A stretch of 64,000 nucleotides of DNA from assembly GCA_963779755.1 (NCBI GenBank), contig CAVZZO010000001.1:1340845-1404844 (forward strand). The letters are read 5' to 3'. The DNA is from an uncultured Gemmatimonadales bacterium. GTDB lineage: Bacteria; Gemmatimonadota; Gemmatimonadetes; Gemmatimonadales; GWC2-71-9. A program made the translations under genes and the position numbers. Shown one piece after another: positions 24,467-33,647 of this stretch; position 1 is the stretch's first letter, and every line of letters begins with the position of its first letter. The notes below the pieces were generated by a model that saw nothing but the letters and a program-made list of their open reading frames with translations, ran no database searches and was not told where the DNA came from.

Positions 24467-25519
24467 TCACCGCATGCTGAGCAGCTTGCCGTCGCCCTTC
24501 AGGGTGGAGAGTCTGGCCTTGATCAGTGCCACCACCGGCGCCGGCAGGGGGGCGTAGTGCAGTTCCTTCGCCATGGCGGCCGCGTCGGGCGTGACCATCC
24601 ACTCGAGGAAATTCTTCATCGCCTGGGCCTTGGTGCGATCCTGCATGTCGGGCCGGACCAGGAGCCAGGTGAAGGAGGAGATGGGATAGGCCGTCTTGCC
24701 AGGCGCGTTGGTGATGCTGACCCGGAAGTCGGTGTCCTTGCCGAACTTCGCCCTGGCCGCGGCATCGCTTACCGTCTCCAGGCTGGGGGTGACCCAGGTC
24801 CCGGCGGCGCTCTTGACGTCGGCGTAGGGCAGGTCATTGGAGATGGCGTAGATCAGCTCGACATACCCGATGGCACCCTCGGTCTGCTTCACCTGCTGGG
24901 TCACTCCCTCGTTCCCCTTGCCGCCCAGACCCACGGGCCAGTTGACCGAGGTGGCGTTGCCGACCTGTCCCTTCCACCCTGACGACACCTTGCTCAGGTA
25001 GTCGGTGAAGATGTAGGTCGTTCCCGACCCGTCGGAGCGGTGGACCACGATGATGTCCTGGTCGGGCAGCTTGACGCCCGGGTTGAGCGCCGCGATCCGC
25101 TGGTCGTTCCACTTGGTGATCTTGCCCAGATAGATGTCGGCGATGGTGGCGCCGTCGAACTTGAGCCGGGTGCTTCCCAGGGCCGGCACGTTCCAGGTCA
25201 TCACCACCGCGCCCATCACGGTCGGGAGGTGCAGGACCTTGCCGTTCACCGCGGCGATCTGCGCATCGGTCATCGGGCCGTCGGAGGCGCCGAAGTCCAC
25301 GGTACCCTCGGTGTACTGCCGGATGCCCGCGCCGGAGCCGACCGACTGGTAGTTGATCTGGACGCCGGTCCTCTTGTGGTACGCGTCGAACCACTTCTGG
25401 TAGATCGGGTTGGGGAAGCTGGCCCCCGCGCCGGTCAGCGACTGCGCCGCCAGCGGGGCTGCCGCGGCCGCCGCCACCAGGACTGCCAGGGTCGCGCGCT
25501 GCAGGAAGGTGCTTCGCAT
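24467..25519 (-). CDS. pstS: phosphate ABC transporter substrate-binding protein PstS (copy 1)
   Basis: ATG at 25519 gives MRSTFLQRATLAVLVAAAAAAPLAAQ (signal peptide). It has the same PstS motifs as copy 2 and the two copies are highly similar over their length. Confidence 0.9.
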   Translation of the reverse strand: MRSTFLQRATLAVLVAAAAAAPLAAQSLTGAGASFPNPIYQKWFDAYHKRTGVQINYQSVGSGAGIRQYTEGTVDFGASDGPMTDAQIAAVNGKVLHLPTVMGAVVMTWNVPALGSTRLKFDGATIADIYLGKITKWNDQRIAALNPGVKLPDQDIIVVHRSDGSGTTYIFTDYLSKVSSGWKGQVGNATSVNWPVGLGGKGNEGVTQQVKQTEGAIGYVELIYAISNDLPYADVKSAAGTWVTPSLETVSDAAARAKFGKDTDFRVSITNAPGKTAYPISSFTWLLVRPDMQDRTKAQAMKNFLEWMVTPDAAAMAKELHYAPLPAPVVALIKARLSTLKGDGKLLSMR

Positions 25520-25580
25520 CGTCGTCGTTCCTCCAGGATTGTTACGGGATGACCCGCCGGGCCGCTCACCGCCCCTAAGC

Positions 25581-25613
25581 AAACCGGGGGCAGTCACGTG
25601 CCGCCCCCGGTTT
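25581..25613 (-). terminator. 11-bp perfect GC-rich stem-loop downstream of the porin gene
   Basis: aaaccgggggc / gcccccggttt with an 11-nt loop. On the minus strand the stem ends in TTT and is followed by GCTT. Confidence 0.5.
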
Positions 25614-25645
25614 CGCTACGGTTGCGTAACGCGGCCAGGGGCGGC

Positions 25646-26689
25646 TCAGAAGCTGTATTCCACCTGGAACAGGCCGAGCGTGCTGACGGCGGTGTATTTG
25701 GAGGGGTCGGTGCCGGCGCCCTGCTGGCGCACATGGTCGATATCGGCCAGGACCCGCAGGTACTTGTTCACCGCATACGAGGCGCCGCCGATGATCTCCA
25801 TCTTCTTGTCGTTGATCGCCGCCGCATCCGTGTTGGGGTTGATCAGGTCCACCCGGCCGATGAAGGCGACCTTGGAGCGGGGGACGTTGAACACGCCGAA
25901 GGCGCTGATGACCAGGCCCTTCATTTCGGCGGTGGCGGCGGTGGTGGAACTGTCCTTGGTGGCGGCCACTTCGCCGGCCAGCGTCAGCATGGTGGACTTG
26001 TAGGACAGCTGGCCCAGGAAGCGCTGCCGCGCGCCGCCGCCGGTCGGCTTGCCGTAGAGGGCGAAGCCGGTGAGGCGCAGGCCTCCGACCCGGTTGCCCA
26101 CGTCGGTCGGCATCAGGCGGACGCTGACGCGTGCTTCTACGTCCTTGCGCTGGTCGCCGGCGCCACCGCTGTAGCCTTCGCCGTTGTAGACCCCGACCTG
26201 CATGTTTACCAGTTCGCTCTTCCAGGCGCCGTCAATGCCGGCGCCGAAGTCGGCCGAGGTGAGATAGTGATTCCGGTCCATGGCGATCGGGCCCTGCATC
26301 CGGTAGTCCCATAACGCTTCCGCCCAGTCCACAAACGGGGTGTGGATCAGGCCGAACTTGTACGCCAGGTTGCTGCCCTCCGGCTTGAGCTGCACGTAGG
26401 CATACTTGAGCCGGTAGGAGTAGGAGTTGTCTCCCGATGGATGGTAGATATCCGCGGTGACCCGGCCGGAGACCCCGTCGCCGAAGCTGCCCTTGACGTT
26501 CAGGTAGGCCCGGGTGACGTCGAAGCTGTTCGGGTGAGCGTTAAGGGTATCGCCGGTGTTCTTCAGCTGATAGCCGTACTGCCCGTATACCACGCCGCTG
26601 ACCGATACCGGCGACTGCGCCGCGGCGGTGGCCACCGCGGCCGCTGCCAGCGCCAGGACCGCAAGCTGCGCACGGAGAAGAGATCGCAT
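25646..26689 (-). CDS. outer-membrane beta-barrel porin, Pho-cluster associated (possibly phosphate-selective)
   Basis: Signal peptide MRSLLRAQLAVLALAAAAVATAAAQ, alternating beta-strand pattern and a C-terminal ..LFQVEYSF (terminal aromatic). Its position is directly upstream of pstS. Confidence 0.7.
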   Translation of the reverse strand: MRSLLRAQLAVLALAAAAVATAAAQSPVSVSGVVYGQYGYQLKNTGDTLNAHPNSFDVTRAYLNVKGSFGDGVSGRVTADIYHPSGDNSYSYRLKYAYVQLKPEGSNLAYKFGLIHTPFVDWAEALWDYRMQGPIAMDRNHYLTSADFGAGIDGAWKSELVNMQVGVYNGEGYSGGAGDQRKDVEARVSVRLMPTDVGNRVGGLRLTGFALYGKPTGGGARQRFLGQLSYKSTMLTLAGEVAATKDSSTTAATAEMKGLVISAFGVFNVPRSKVAFIGRVDLINPNTDAAAINDKKMEIIGGASYAVNKYLRVLADIDHVRQQGAGTDPSKYTAVSTLGLFQVEYSF

Positions 26690-26815
26690 GGACTCCTCGC
26701 ATCTGGGTGGTGTGGCGCCCCCCGCGCCACCTGGGTTGCCGTTGGGCGTGCTTAAAGACGCCTGCCGGTGTCACGGGGGGCCGGGGGGTCGGTAACAGTC
26801 GGGTAAATGACCGTG

Positions 26816-26864
26816 GTCGAGGGGGTCGAGATTTCGAATGGCGCCGGACCTCGACCCTCTCGAC
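26816..26864. repeat. hairpin of GTCGAGGG / CCCTCGAC octamer units
   Basis: gtcgagggggtcgag - 19-nt loop - ctcgaccctctcgac, read directly. It lies just downstream of the STAS gene. Confidence 0.8.
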
Positions 26865-26876
26865 TCCCTTGGCGAG

Positions 26877-27251
26877 TTATCGCCCGCTGTCAATCCCGGC
26901 ATCAAAAGGGTCCTGGAAGAGCGTCTCGTCACCCGCCCGGTATTCCAGCAGCGGATGCAGACGGAGCATGCGGCATACGTCGCCGGGCAGCCCCAGCAGC
27001 TCGACCCGGGTCCCCAGCCCCTGTTCCGTCTCGGCGCAGAGCAGCCAGAAGAGGGCGGCACCCACCGGGTCCACCCCGCTGATGCCGGAGCAGTCGATGC
27101 GGAGGATGCGGGGCGCGAGCGGCACCCGCTGGAGGGACTGCCGGAGGGACTCGACCCCGCCGGCGCTGATAGGGCCCTGGAAGGGCAGCAGAATCGTCTC
27201 GGGCCGGGGAAGAGTCACCGGCGGTGAAGCCAGAGGTTGAGTCGTGGTCAT
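26877..27251 (-). CDS. STAS domain protein (anti-sigma-factor-antagonist-like)
   Basis: ATG at 27251. ..LLPFQGPISAGGVESLRQSL...LRIDCSGISGVDPVGAALFWLL...VELLGLPGDVCRMLRL.. fits the STAS fold pattern. Confidence 0.6.
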   Translation of the reverse strand: MTTTQPLASPPVTLPRPETILLPFQGPISAGGVESLRQSLQRVPLAPRILRIDCSGISGVDPVGAALFWLLCAETEQGLGTRVELLGLPGDVCRMLRLHPLLEYRAGDETLFQDPFDAGIDSGR

Positions 27252-27384
27252 GCTGGATGATGGCGAGCCGCCCGCACAACCGGGTGACGGTGCCGTAACG
27301 CTCCGGCGACATGGTGATAGACGGCGAAAGCCGAAGCCGGGAGCTGTCCTGTGCTTCTTTCGACCTTTGACCTTTGACCCCTGC

Positions 27385-29088
27385 CTAGGCGCCGGGGAAC
27401 CAGCAGGTGATCGTGGTCCCCACCCCCACCTCGCTCTCCGCACCCACCCGCCCGCCATGCGCCTCCACCAGGTGCTTCACGATGGCGAGTCCCAGGCCGG
27501 TGCCGCCCTGCTCCCGCGAGCGGCTGCTGTCGGCCCGGTAAAACCGCTCGAAGATGCGGGGCAGGTGGTCGCGGGGGATGCCTGCGCCGCTATCGGACAC
27601 CGACAGCGCCGTGCCCCCGTCTTCAGGGGCGACGGTAACGGCGATGCGGCCACCCGACGGGGTATGACGCGCCGCATTCTCCAGCAGGTTGGTCAGCACC
27701 TGGCGCAGCGCATCGGGGTCGGAGTGGACGGGCCCGCCCTCTGCGGGCTCGACCACGAACTCGATCCGCCGGGTGCGCTTGCGGTTTTCCAGCGCGGCCC
27801 AGGTTTCCCGGGCGATCGCACCCGCGTCCTGCGGGGCCGGATGGGGCTGCCAGCGGCCCGACTCGATCCGGGACAGATCGAGGAGGCTGTCCACCAGCCG
27901 CTGCATCCGGCGCGCGTTGGCGAGGATGACGCCCAGGAACTGGCGCGCAGTGTCGTCCGGAGGCCGGTCGGTGAGCAGGGTCTCGGTGTAGCCGCTGATG
28001 GACGTGAGCGGCGTCTTCAGTTCGTGCGAGACATTGGCCACGAAGTCGCGGCGGACCGCCTCCAGCCGGCGCATCTCGCTCAGATCGAACAGCACCAGCA
28101 CCACGCCCCCCTGGGGCAGGGGCCGCGCGTTGAGGAGCAGGGTGCGGCCGTCGAGCTCCAGCTCCCGGCCCACGACCGCCGTGCCCGCCAGCCCCTGATC
28201 GACCACTTCGCGCGCGGCCTTGATGCGGAACAGCTGGGGCAGGTCGGGCAGGGGAACGTCGGGTTCGTATCCCAGCATCCGCCGGGCGGCGCCGTTGGCG
28301 GTGATGATGCGGCCCCGGGCGTCGGCGGCCACCACGCCCTCCACCATGGAATCGATCAGGGTCGCCATCTCGGCCTGCTCCCGCCGCAGCTGCTCGAACC
28401 GCTCGCTCAGCTGGGTGGTCATCTGCCGCAGCGCCTGGACCAGGCCGTCGATGTCGGAGATGCCGGAGCGGGGGAAGCGGGGCACGTTGCCGGCGGCGAT
28501 GGCCCGGGCCGCGCCGGCAATGCCGGTGAGCGGCCGGGCGATGGACTGCCCCGCGATCCAGGCCAGCGCGATGCCCAGCAGCAGTGCCAGAATGCCGGCG
28601 GTCAGCACCGAGCGCTGGGCGCCGCGCACCGTCCGGTTCACCAGCCCCAGGCCGGCCGCCACCCGGATGACGCCGGGGCCTCCCGGAACGGCCACATAGA
28701 GAAGCGGCTCGCCCACCGTGACGCTCACCCGTTCGGCGCTGCCGGCGCCCGTATCCAGCGCGGCCTGAACCTCGGGCCGGCGCAGGTGGTTCTCGACTGA
28801 GGCCAGCTGTTCCGGCGGGATATCGCTGTCGGTGCGGACGCGCCCGGTGCGGTCGATCAGGGTGATGCGGTTGCCGCTGGCCCGGGCCAGCCGCTGGATG
28901 GTGGCCTGCCACAGCAGCGAGTCGGCCGGGAGCTCGGCCCGGACCAGCCGGGCCTCCCGGCCCAGCAGCTCGGCATAGCCCTGCTCCAGCTCGGTGCGCA
29001 GCGAGAGCTCGGAGGTGGCGACCAGCACCAGGACGGTGATCGCTACGACCATCACCGTGCCCAGGACCAGCCGGCTGGCGAATCTCAC
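27385..29088 (-). CDS. phoR: phosphate regulon sensor histidine kinase (PhoR-like: TM, HAMP, PAS, HisKA, HATPase_c)
   Basis: H-box FVANVSHELKTPLTSISGY, N-box LTNLLENAARHTP, G-boxes VSDSGAGIP and GGTGLGLAIVKH. It overlaps phoB by 4 nt. Confidence 0.85.
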   Translation of the reverse strand: MRFASRLVLGTVMVVAITVLVLVATSELSLRTELEQGYAELLGREARLVRAELPADSLLWQATIQRLARASGNRITLIDRTGRVRTDSDIPPEQLASVENHLRRPEVQAALDTGAGSAERVSVTVGEPLLYVAVPGGPGVIRVAAGLGLVNRTVRGAQRSVLTAGILALLLGIALAWIAGQSIARPLTGIAGAARAIAAGNVPRFPRSGISDIDGLVQALRQMTTQLSERFEQLRREQAEMATLIDSMVEGVVAADARGRIITANGAARRMLGYEPDVPLPDLPQLFRIKAAREVVDQGLAGTAVVGRELELDGRTLLLNARPLPQGGVVLVLFDLSEMRRLEAVRRDFVANVSHELKTPLTSISGYTETLLTDRPPDDTARQFLGVILANARRMQRLVDSLLDLSRIESGRWQPHPAPQDAGAIARETWAALENRKRTRRIEFVVEPAEGGPVHSDPDALRQVLTNLLENAARHTPSGGRIAVTVAPEDGGTALSVSDSGAGIPRDHLPRIFERFYRADSSRSREQGGTGLGLAIVKHLVEAHGGRVGAESEVGVGTTITCWFPGA

Positions 29089-29792
29089 CGCGTTCGGCCC
29101 TGGTGGTCGTTCCCCCGGAACCGGTAGCCGAAGCCCCGGACCGTTTCGATCAGGTTGGAGGCCGGGCCCAGCTTGGTCCGGAGCCGCTGCACGTGCATGT
29201 CCACGGTACGGGTCTGGATGTCCGGCTGGGCCTCCCAGACGGTTTCCAGCAGCTGGGGCCGCGTCTGCACCCGTCCGCGGCGCTCCAGCAGGGTAAGCAG
29301 CAGCTTGTATTCGGTGGCCGTGAGGTCGAGCGCCTGGCCGTTGACCGTCACCCGGTGGGAGGAGCGGTCGATGGCCACCTGCCCCGCCACCAGGGTGCTG
29401 CCGGCGGTGACCGCCGGCGAGCTGAGGCGCCGCAGCAGCGCGTTCACCCGCAGCGTCAGCTCCTGCGGCGAGAAAGGCTTGGTGAGGTAGTCGTCGGCCC
29501 CCAGCTGCAGCCCGCGAATCCGGTCGACCTCCTCCCGGCGGGCGGTGAGCAGAATGACGCCGACTTCCCGGGTCTCCTCCCGGCGCCGCAGATCGGCCAG
29601 CACGTCGTAGCCGCTGACCCCCGGCAACATGACATCCAGAATGACGATATCGGGTCGTTCCTCCCGGGCCGCCTCCAGCGCCTCCGCGCCGGAGGCCGCG
29701 GTGGAGACGCGGAAGCCCGCCTTGGCCAGGTGATAGGCCACCAGGGCGGTGATGTCCGGCTCGTCGTCGACCACCAGAATCCGCTGGGTCAT
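29085..29792 (-). CDS. phoB: OmpR-family response regulator (PhoB/PhoP-like)
   Basis: ATG at 29792 (MTQRILVVDDEPDI). Receiver Asp in IVILDVMLPG. C-terminal wHTH ..LTATEYKLLLTLLERRGRVQTRPQLL..VDMHVQRLRTKL..IETVRGFGYRF. Confidence 0.9.
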   Translation of the reverse strand: MTQRILVVDDEPDITALVAYHLAKAGFRVSTAASGAEALEAAREERPDIVILDVMLPGVSGYDVLADLRRREETREVGVILLTARREEVDRIRGLQLGADDYLTKPFSPQELTLRVNALLRRLSSPAVTAGSTLVAGQVAIDRSSHRVTVNGQALDLTATEYKLLLTLLERRGRVQTRPQLLETVWEAQPDIQTRTVDMHVQRLRTKLGPASNLIETVRGFGYRFRGNDHQGRTR

Positions 29793-29814
29793 GGCTCTCC
29801 TTGCGCGCTCCGGC

Positions 29815-30180
29815 TCATGCGGTCTCGGCATCCACCAGCCGCAGGCGCGTGTGGTTGCGGCTGCGCTCCCAGGCCCGGTGCCGTTCGCGTTTCATGATCT
29901 CGTCGTGGGCCACGGCCTCCAGCACCGCCGACAGCAGACGGCCCCGGGCATCGCCGCCCGGCCGCAGCCGGTAGAGCACGAACTGGGCGACCGGCGTGTC
30001 GCGCACCACGTCCGCACTGCGCAGTACCCTCAGATGCCGCGAGACGGTCGGCTGCGGCAGGTCCAGCACCTGTTGCAGGTCCTGCACGAAGAGCGGCGCC
30101 GCCGCCAGGCAGTTGAGGATACGGAGCCGGGTGGGCTCGGCAACCGCCAGCAGCAGGGTGGTGATCGAGGGGGCGCTCAT
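29815..30180 (-). CDS. ArsR/SmtB family transcriptional regulator
   Basis: LLAVAEPTRLRILNCLAAAPLFVQDLQQVLDLPQPTVSRHLRVLRSADVV is the canonical ArsR HTH. Confidence 0.8.
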   Translation of the reverse strand: MSAPSITTLLLAVAEPTRLRILNCLAAAPLFVQDLQQVLDLPQPTVSRHLRVLRSADVVRDTPVAQFVLYRLRPGGDARGRLLSAVLEAVAHDEIMKRERHRAWERSRNHTRLRLVDAETA

Positions 30181-30279
30181 ATGCGGCTAAACGAATATCC
30201 CCGCAGCCCGTCCGCCGCAAGCCCCTCGCGCCGGGCGCTCTACTCCCCCCGGCTTCCGTCATACCGTATCTTGTTGCGC

Positions 30280-33200
30280 ATGTTCCTTCCCATACTCCTG
30301 GCCGGGCTGGTTGCGGTCCAGGCTCCCGATACCGCGCACCTGGTCGTCGTCGCCACCACCGACGTGCACGGCTATGTCACCGACCGGGACTACTTCACCG
30401 GGCGGCCCTTCCCCGGCGGGCTGGAGCGCGCCGCCACGGTGGTCGACTCGCTGCGCCGCCGCTATCCCGGCTCGGTTGTGCTGGTGGACGCCGGCGATCT
30501 GATCCAGGGGAGCCCCTTCGCGACCTACTTCGCCCGCGAAGACCAGCGCTCGCCCGACCCGGTGATCGATGCCATGAGCGCCATGGGCTACGACGCGGCG
30601 ACCCCGGGCAACCACGAGTACAACTTCGGCATTCCCTTCATGCGCCGGGCGCTGGCCGCCGCCGCGTTCCCCTATGTCAGCGGCAACACCCGGGCGCTGC
30701 CGGCCGATACGCTCGCCTTTCCCTCCTGGGTGGTGGTGCAGCGGGCCGGTGTGCGGGTGGGGATCACCGGCTTCACCACTCCGGGCGTGGAGGTCTGGGA
30801 CGGCGACAAGATCAAGGGGCTCATCCGCATCGATCGCATCGCCGCCGCCGCGCCGCGGGTGCTCCGCGGCCTGGCCGGCGAATCCGATGTGACCATTGCG
30901 CTGGTGCACAGCGGGATGGACGAGCCGTCGAGCTACGATACCGCCGGCGTGGGCCCGGAGAACGATGCGGCGGCGCTGGCCCGCCTGCCGGTGAAGCCCG
31001 ATCTCGTGATCGTGGGCCACACTCACCGGGCAATGGCCGATTCGGTGCTGAACGGGGTTCACTTCGTCCAGCCGAAGAACTACGCCCAGAGCGTCTCGGT
31101 GGTCCACCTGAGCCTGGTGCGGGTGGAGGGACGCTGGAAGGTGCGGTCGGTGCATGCCGACCTGGTGCCGCTCGCCGGCGTGCCGCCCTGGCCGCCGCTG
31201 GTCCGCCGGCTGGCCGGCGCCGACCAGGAAGTCGCCCGCTGGGTGGCCCAGCCGATCGGCCGGGCCGGCGGGCCCATGCCGGCAGCGCTGGCCCGAGCGC
31301 AGGCCACGCCCATCATCAACTTCATCAACGACGTCCAGCGCCGGCACACCGGGGCGGATCTCTCCGCCGCCTCGGCCTTCAACCTGCGTGCCGGGTTTGC
31401 GCCGGGCGACATCCGCATCGCCGACGTGGCGGCGCTGTACCCGTACGAGAACACGCTGCGGGTGGTGCGGATCACCGGCGCGCAGCTCAAGGACTATCTG
31501 GAGCAGAGCGCCCGCTACTTCAGCGTGGCCCCGGGCGGTGCCATCGGCATCAACCCCGAGATTCCGGGCTACAACTTCGACATCATCGGCGGGGCGGAGT
31601 ACGCCATCGATCTGCGGCTGCCGCCGGGCAACCGCATTCGCGGGCTGTCGGTCCACGGCCGCCCGGTGCAGCCGGACGACCGCTTCACCCTGGCGGTGAA
31701 CAGCTATCGGCAGGCGGGCGGCGGCGGCTACGACATGCTGAAGGGCGCGCCGGTGGTCTACGACCGGAACGAGAACATCCGCGACCTGCTGATCGAGGCC
31801 ATCCGGCAGCGCCAGTACATCCAGCCGGACAACTACGCTTCGCAGAGCTGGCGCATCGTGCCCGAGGAAGCGGCCGACGCCGTCCGCCGGCTCTTCACCG
31901 CCCGGGCCGAGGCGCCGGTCGCGCCGCTGCCGGCGGCCGCGCCTGCCCCGGCCCGGGATACCGTGCTGCTGCGTATCGTGGCGCTCAACGACTTCCATGG
32001 GGCCCTGCTGCCGGAGGTGCGCAGCTGGAGCCAGGGACGGCCGGCCGGGGGGATTGCCGCGCTGAAGCGGGTGATGGACAGCCTCCAGGCGGATTGCGGC
32101 TGCGCCGAGCTGCGGCTCGACGCCGGCGACGAGATGCAGGGGTCGCTCGCCTCCAACCTCACCGGGGGGCGAACCGTCATCCAGGCGTTCAACCGCCTGG
32201 GGATTCGCGCCGCCGCCATCGGCAATCACGATTTCGACTGGTCGGTGGACACGCTGCTCCAGCGCATGGCCGAATCGCGCTATGTCTGGCTCTCCGCCAA
32301 TGTGGTGGATTCCGTCACTGGTGCGCGGCCCACCTGGGCCACCCCCTGGAAGGTGCTGGATACCGGCCGGCTCAAGGTGGGCGTCATCGGCTACACCACG
32401 CCGGCCACGCCGTCCATGGTGCGCGCCGGGCTGCTGCGGGGGCTGCGGTTCGATTCCGGACCCGCCGACATCGAGCAGGCCGCGCGGGAGATGGCGGCCC
32501 AGCACCCCGACCTGACCGTGCTCCTGGCGCACGCCGGCGGCTTCTGCGACTCGCTGGCCTGCCGGGGCGAGATCATCGACCTGGCCCGCTCGCTGGACAG
32601 CGGCACGGTGGACGCCATCGTGAGCGGCCACACCCATACCATCATCGACACACGGGTCCGGGGCATGCCGGTGGTGCAGGCCGGCAGCAAGGGCGGGGCG
32701 GTGGCGGTGATCGACGTGGTCAGGACCCCGGTCGGCACCACGCTGCTTCGGTCGCGGCTGGTGGATGTCTATGCCGACAGCGCCGCGCCCGACACGGCCA
32801 CCGCCGCTTGGCTGGCGTCGCTCCACGCCCAGGCCGACTCGGTCGCGTCCGCGCCGGTCGCCGCCCTCAAGGTTCCGCTGGAGCACACCCGGGGCCAGAA
32901 CGCGCTGGGAAACCTCATCGCCGACGCGAACCGGAATGCCGCACGGGCCGATTTCGGGCTCGTCAACAACGGCGGCATCCGGGGTGATCTGCCGGCCGGC
33001 GTGGTGACCTGGGGCGAGCTGTACGAGGTCGAGCCGTTCCAGAACGCCATCGTGCGGATGCAGCTCAGCGGCGCGGAGGTGCGCCGGCTGATGGAACAGA
33101 TCGTCGCGTCCGGACGCCCGGCCTTTCATATCTCGGGGGCTCGGGTGGTCTGGGACTCCACCCGCCCGGCGGGCCGGCGCGTGCGGGAGATCCGGCTGGT

Positions 33201-33318
33201 GACCGGGCGCAGACTGGACGACAGATCGGTCTATACCGTCGGCCTGGCCGATTATCTGGCGGGGGAAAGAGCGGGCTCACCATGCTCGCCGGCCGGCCGA
33301 CCTCGCCCGCCGGGGTGA
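30280..33318 (+). CDS. tandem double-module 5'-nucleotidase / 2',3'-cyclic-nucleotide phosphodiesterase (UshA/CpdB-like). The C-terminus is apparently frameshifted and the homology-supported end is at 33407.
   Basis: ATG at 30280 (MFLPILLAGLVAVQA signal). Two metallophosphoesterase units (VVVATTDVHGY..DAGDLIQGSP..GNHEYNFG and IVALNDFHGAL..DAGDEMQGS..GNHDFDW) are each followed by a 5'-nucleotidase C-terminal domain. After the G5 run at 33261-33265 the next frame reads GKSGLTMLAGRPTSPAGVTDLEALANYLRRLPQPV... Confidence 0.85.
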   Translation: MFLPILLAGLVAVQAPDTAHLVVVATTDVHGYVTDRDYFTGRPFPGGLERAATVVDSLRRRYPGSVVLVDAGDLIQGSPFATYFAREDQRSPDPVIDAMSAMGYDAATPGNHEYNFGIPFMRRALAAAAFPYVSGNTRALPADTLAFPSWVVVQRAGVRVGITGFTTPGVEVWDGDKIKGLIRIDRIAAAAPRVLRGLAGESDVTIALVHSGMDEPSSYDTAGVGPENDAAALARLPVKPDLVIVGHTHRAMADSVLNGVHFVQPKNYAQSVSVVHLSLVRVEGRWKVRSVHADLVPLAGVPPWPPLVRRLAGADQEVARWVAQPIGRAGGPMPAALARAQATPIINFINDVQRRHTGADLSAASAFNLRAGFAPGDIRIADVAALYPYENTLRVVRITGAQLKDYLEQSARYFSVAPGGAIGINPEIPGYNFDIIGGAEYAIDLRLPPGNRIRGLSVHGRPVQPDDRFTLAVNSYRQAGGGGYDMLKGAPVVYDRNENIRDLLIEAIRQRQYIQPDNYASQSWRIVPEEAADAVRRLFTARAEAPVAPLPAAAPAPARDTVLLRIVALNDFHGALLPEVRSWSQGRPAGGIAALKRVMDSLQADCGCAELRLDAGDEMQGSLASNLTGGRTVIQAFNRLGIRAAAIGNHDFDWSVDTLLQRMAESRYVWLSANVVDSVTGARPTWATPWKVLDTGRLKVGVIGYTTPATPSMVRAGLLRGLRFDSGPADIEQAAREMAAQHPDLTVLLAHAGGFCDSLACRGEIIDLARSLDSGTVDAIVSGHTHTIIDTRVRGMPVVQAGSKGGAVAVIDVVRTPVGTTLLRSRLVDVYADSAAPDTATAAWLASLHAQADSVASAPVAALKVPLEHTRGQNALGNLIADANRNAARADFGLVNNGGIRGDLPAGVVTWGELYEVEPFQNAIVRMQLSGAEVRRLMEQIVASGRPAFHISGARVVWDSTRPAGRRVREIRLVTGRRLDDRSVYTVGLADYLAGERAGSPCSPAGRPRPPG

Positions 33319-33407
33319 CCGACCTGGAAGCGCTGGCCAACTACCTGCGCCGGTTGCCGCAGCCGGTGTCGCCGTCGGACGACGCCCGCTTCATTCTCCG
33401 TCACTGA

Positions 33408-33647
33408 TTGCGCATGCGAGTGTTCGTGAATGAACGCCCGGTGGAGATCGACCGGGATCAGGATGTGCTGCATGCCGTCCGTGCGCTGGACCCGGCGCTG
33501 GCGGCCCGGCTGGGCGAGCCCGGGGTCTTCGTCACCGACGGCCGCGGGGTCCGGATCGAGCCCGGCGACCGGCTGAGTCCCGGTGCCATTCTCCGGGTCG
33601 TGGTCTCGGCCCGCCGGGGGAGCGAGGAGCCCGATGCTGACGCGTGA
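33408..33647 (+). CDS. small hypothetical protein (79 aa), possibly beta-grasp-like
   Basis: ORF with coding-like third-position GC. MRVFVNERPVEIDRDQDVLHAVRAL...PGAILRVVV. It overlaps the add start by 14 nt. No recognisable motif. Confidence 0.35.
   Translation: MRMRVFVNERPVEIDRDQDVLHAVRALDPALAARLGEPGVFVTDGRGVRIEPGDRLSPGAILRVVVSARRGSEEPDADA

Noticed and set aside
26690-26815. Possible Pho boxes upstream of the porin gene (for example ggtcatttacccgactgttacc on the minus strand), and 11-nt-phased cgttacgcaac/cgtagcgaaac near 25614-25640.
   Set aside because: The match to the enterobacterial CTGTCAT-N4-CTGTCAT consensus is poor, and the PhoB site of this lineage is unknown to me. The second pair lies between a stop codon and its terminator. 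This cannot be supported without a regulon-wide motif search.
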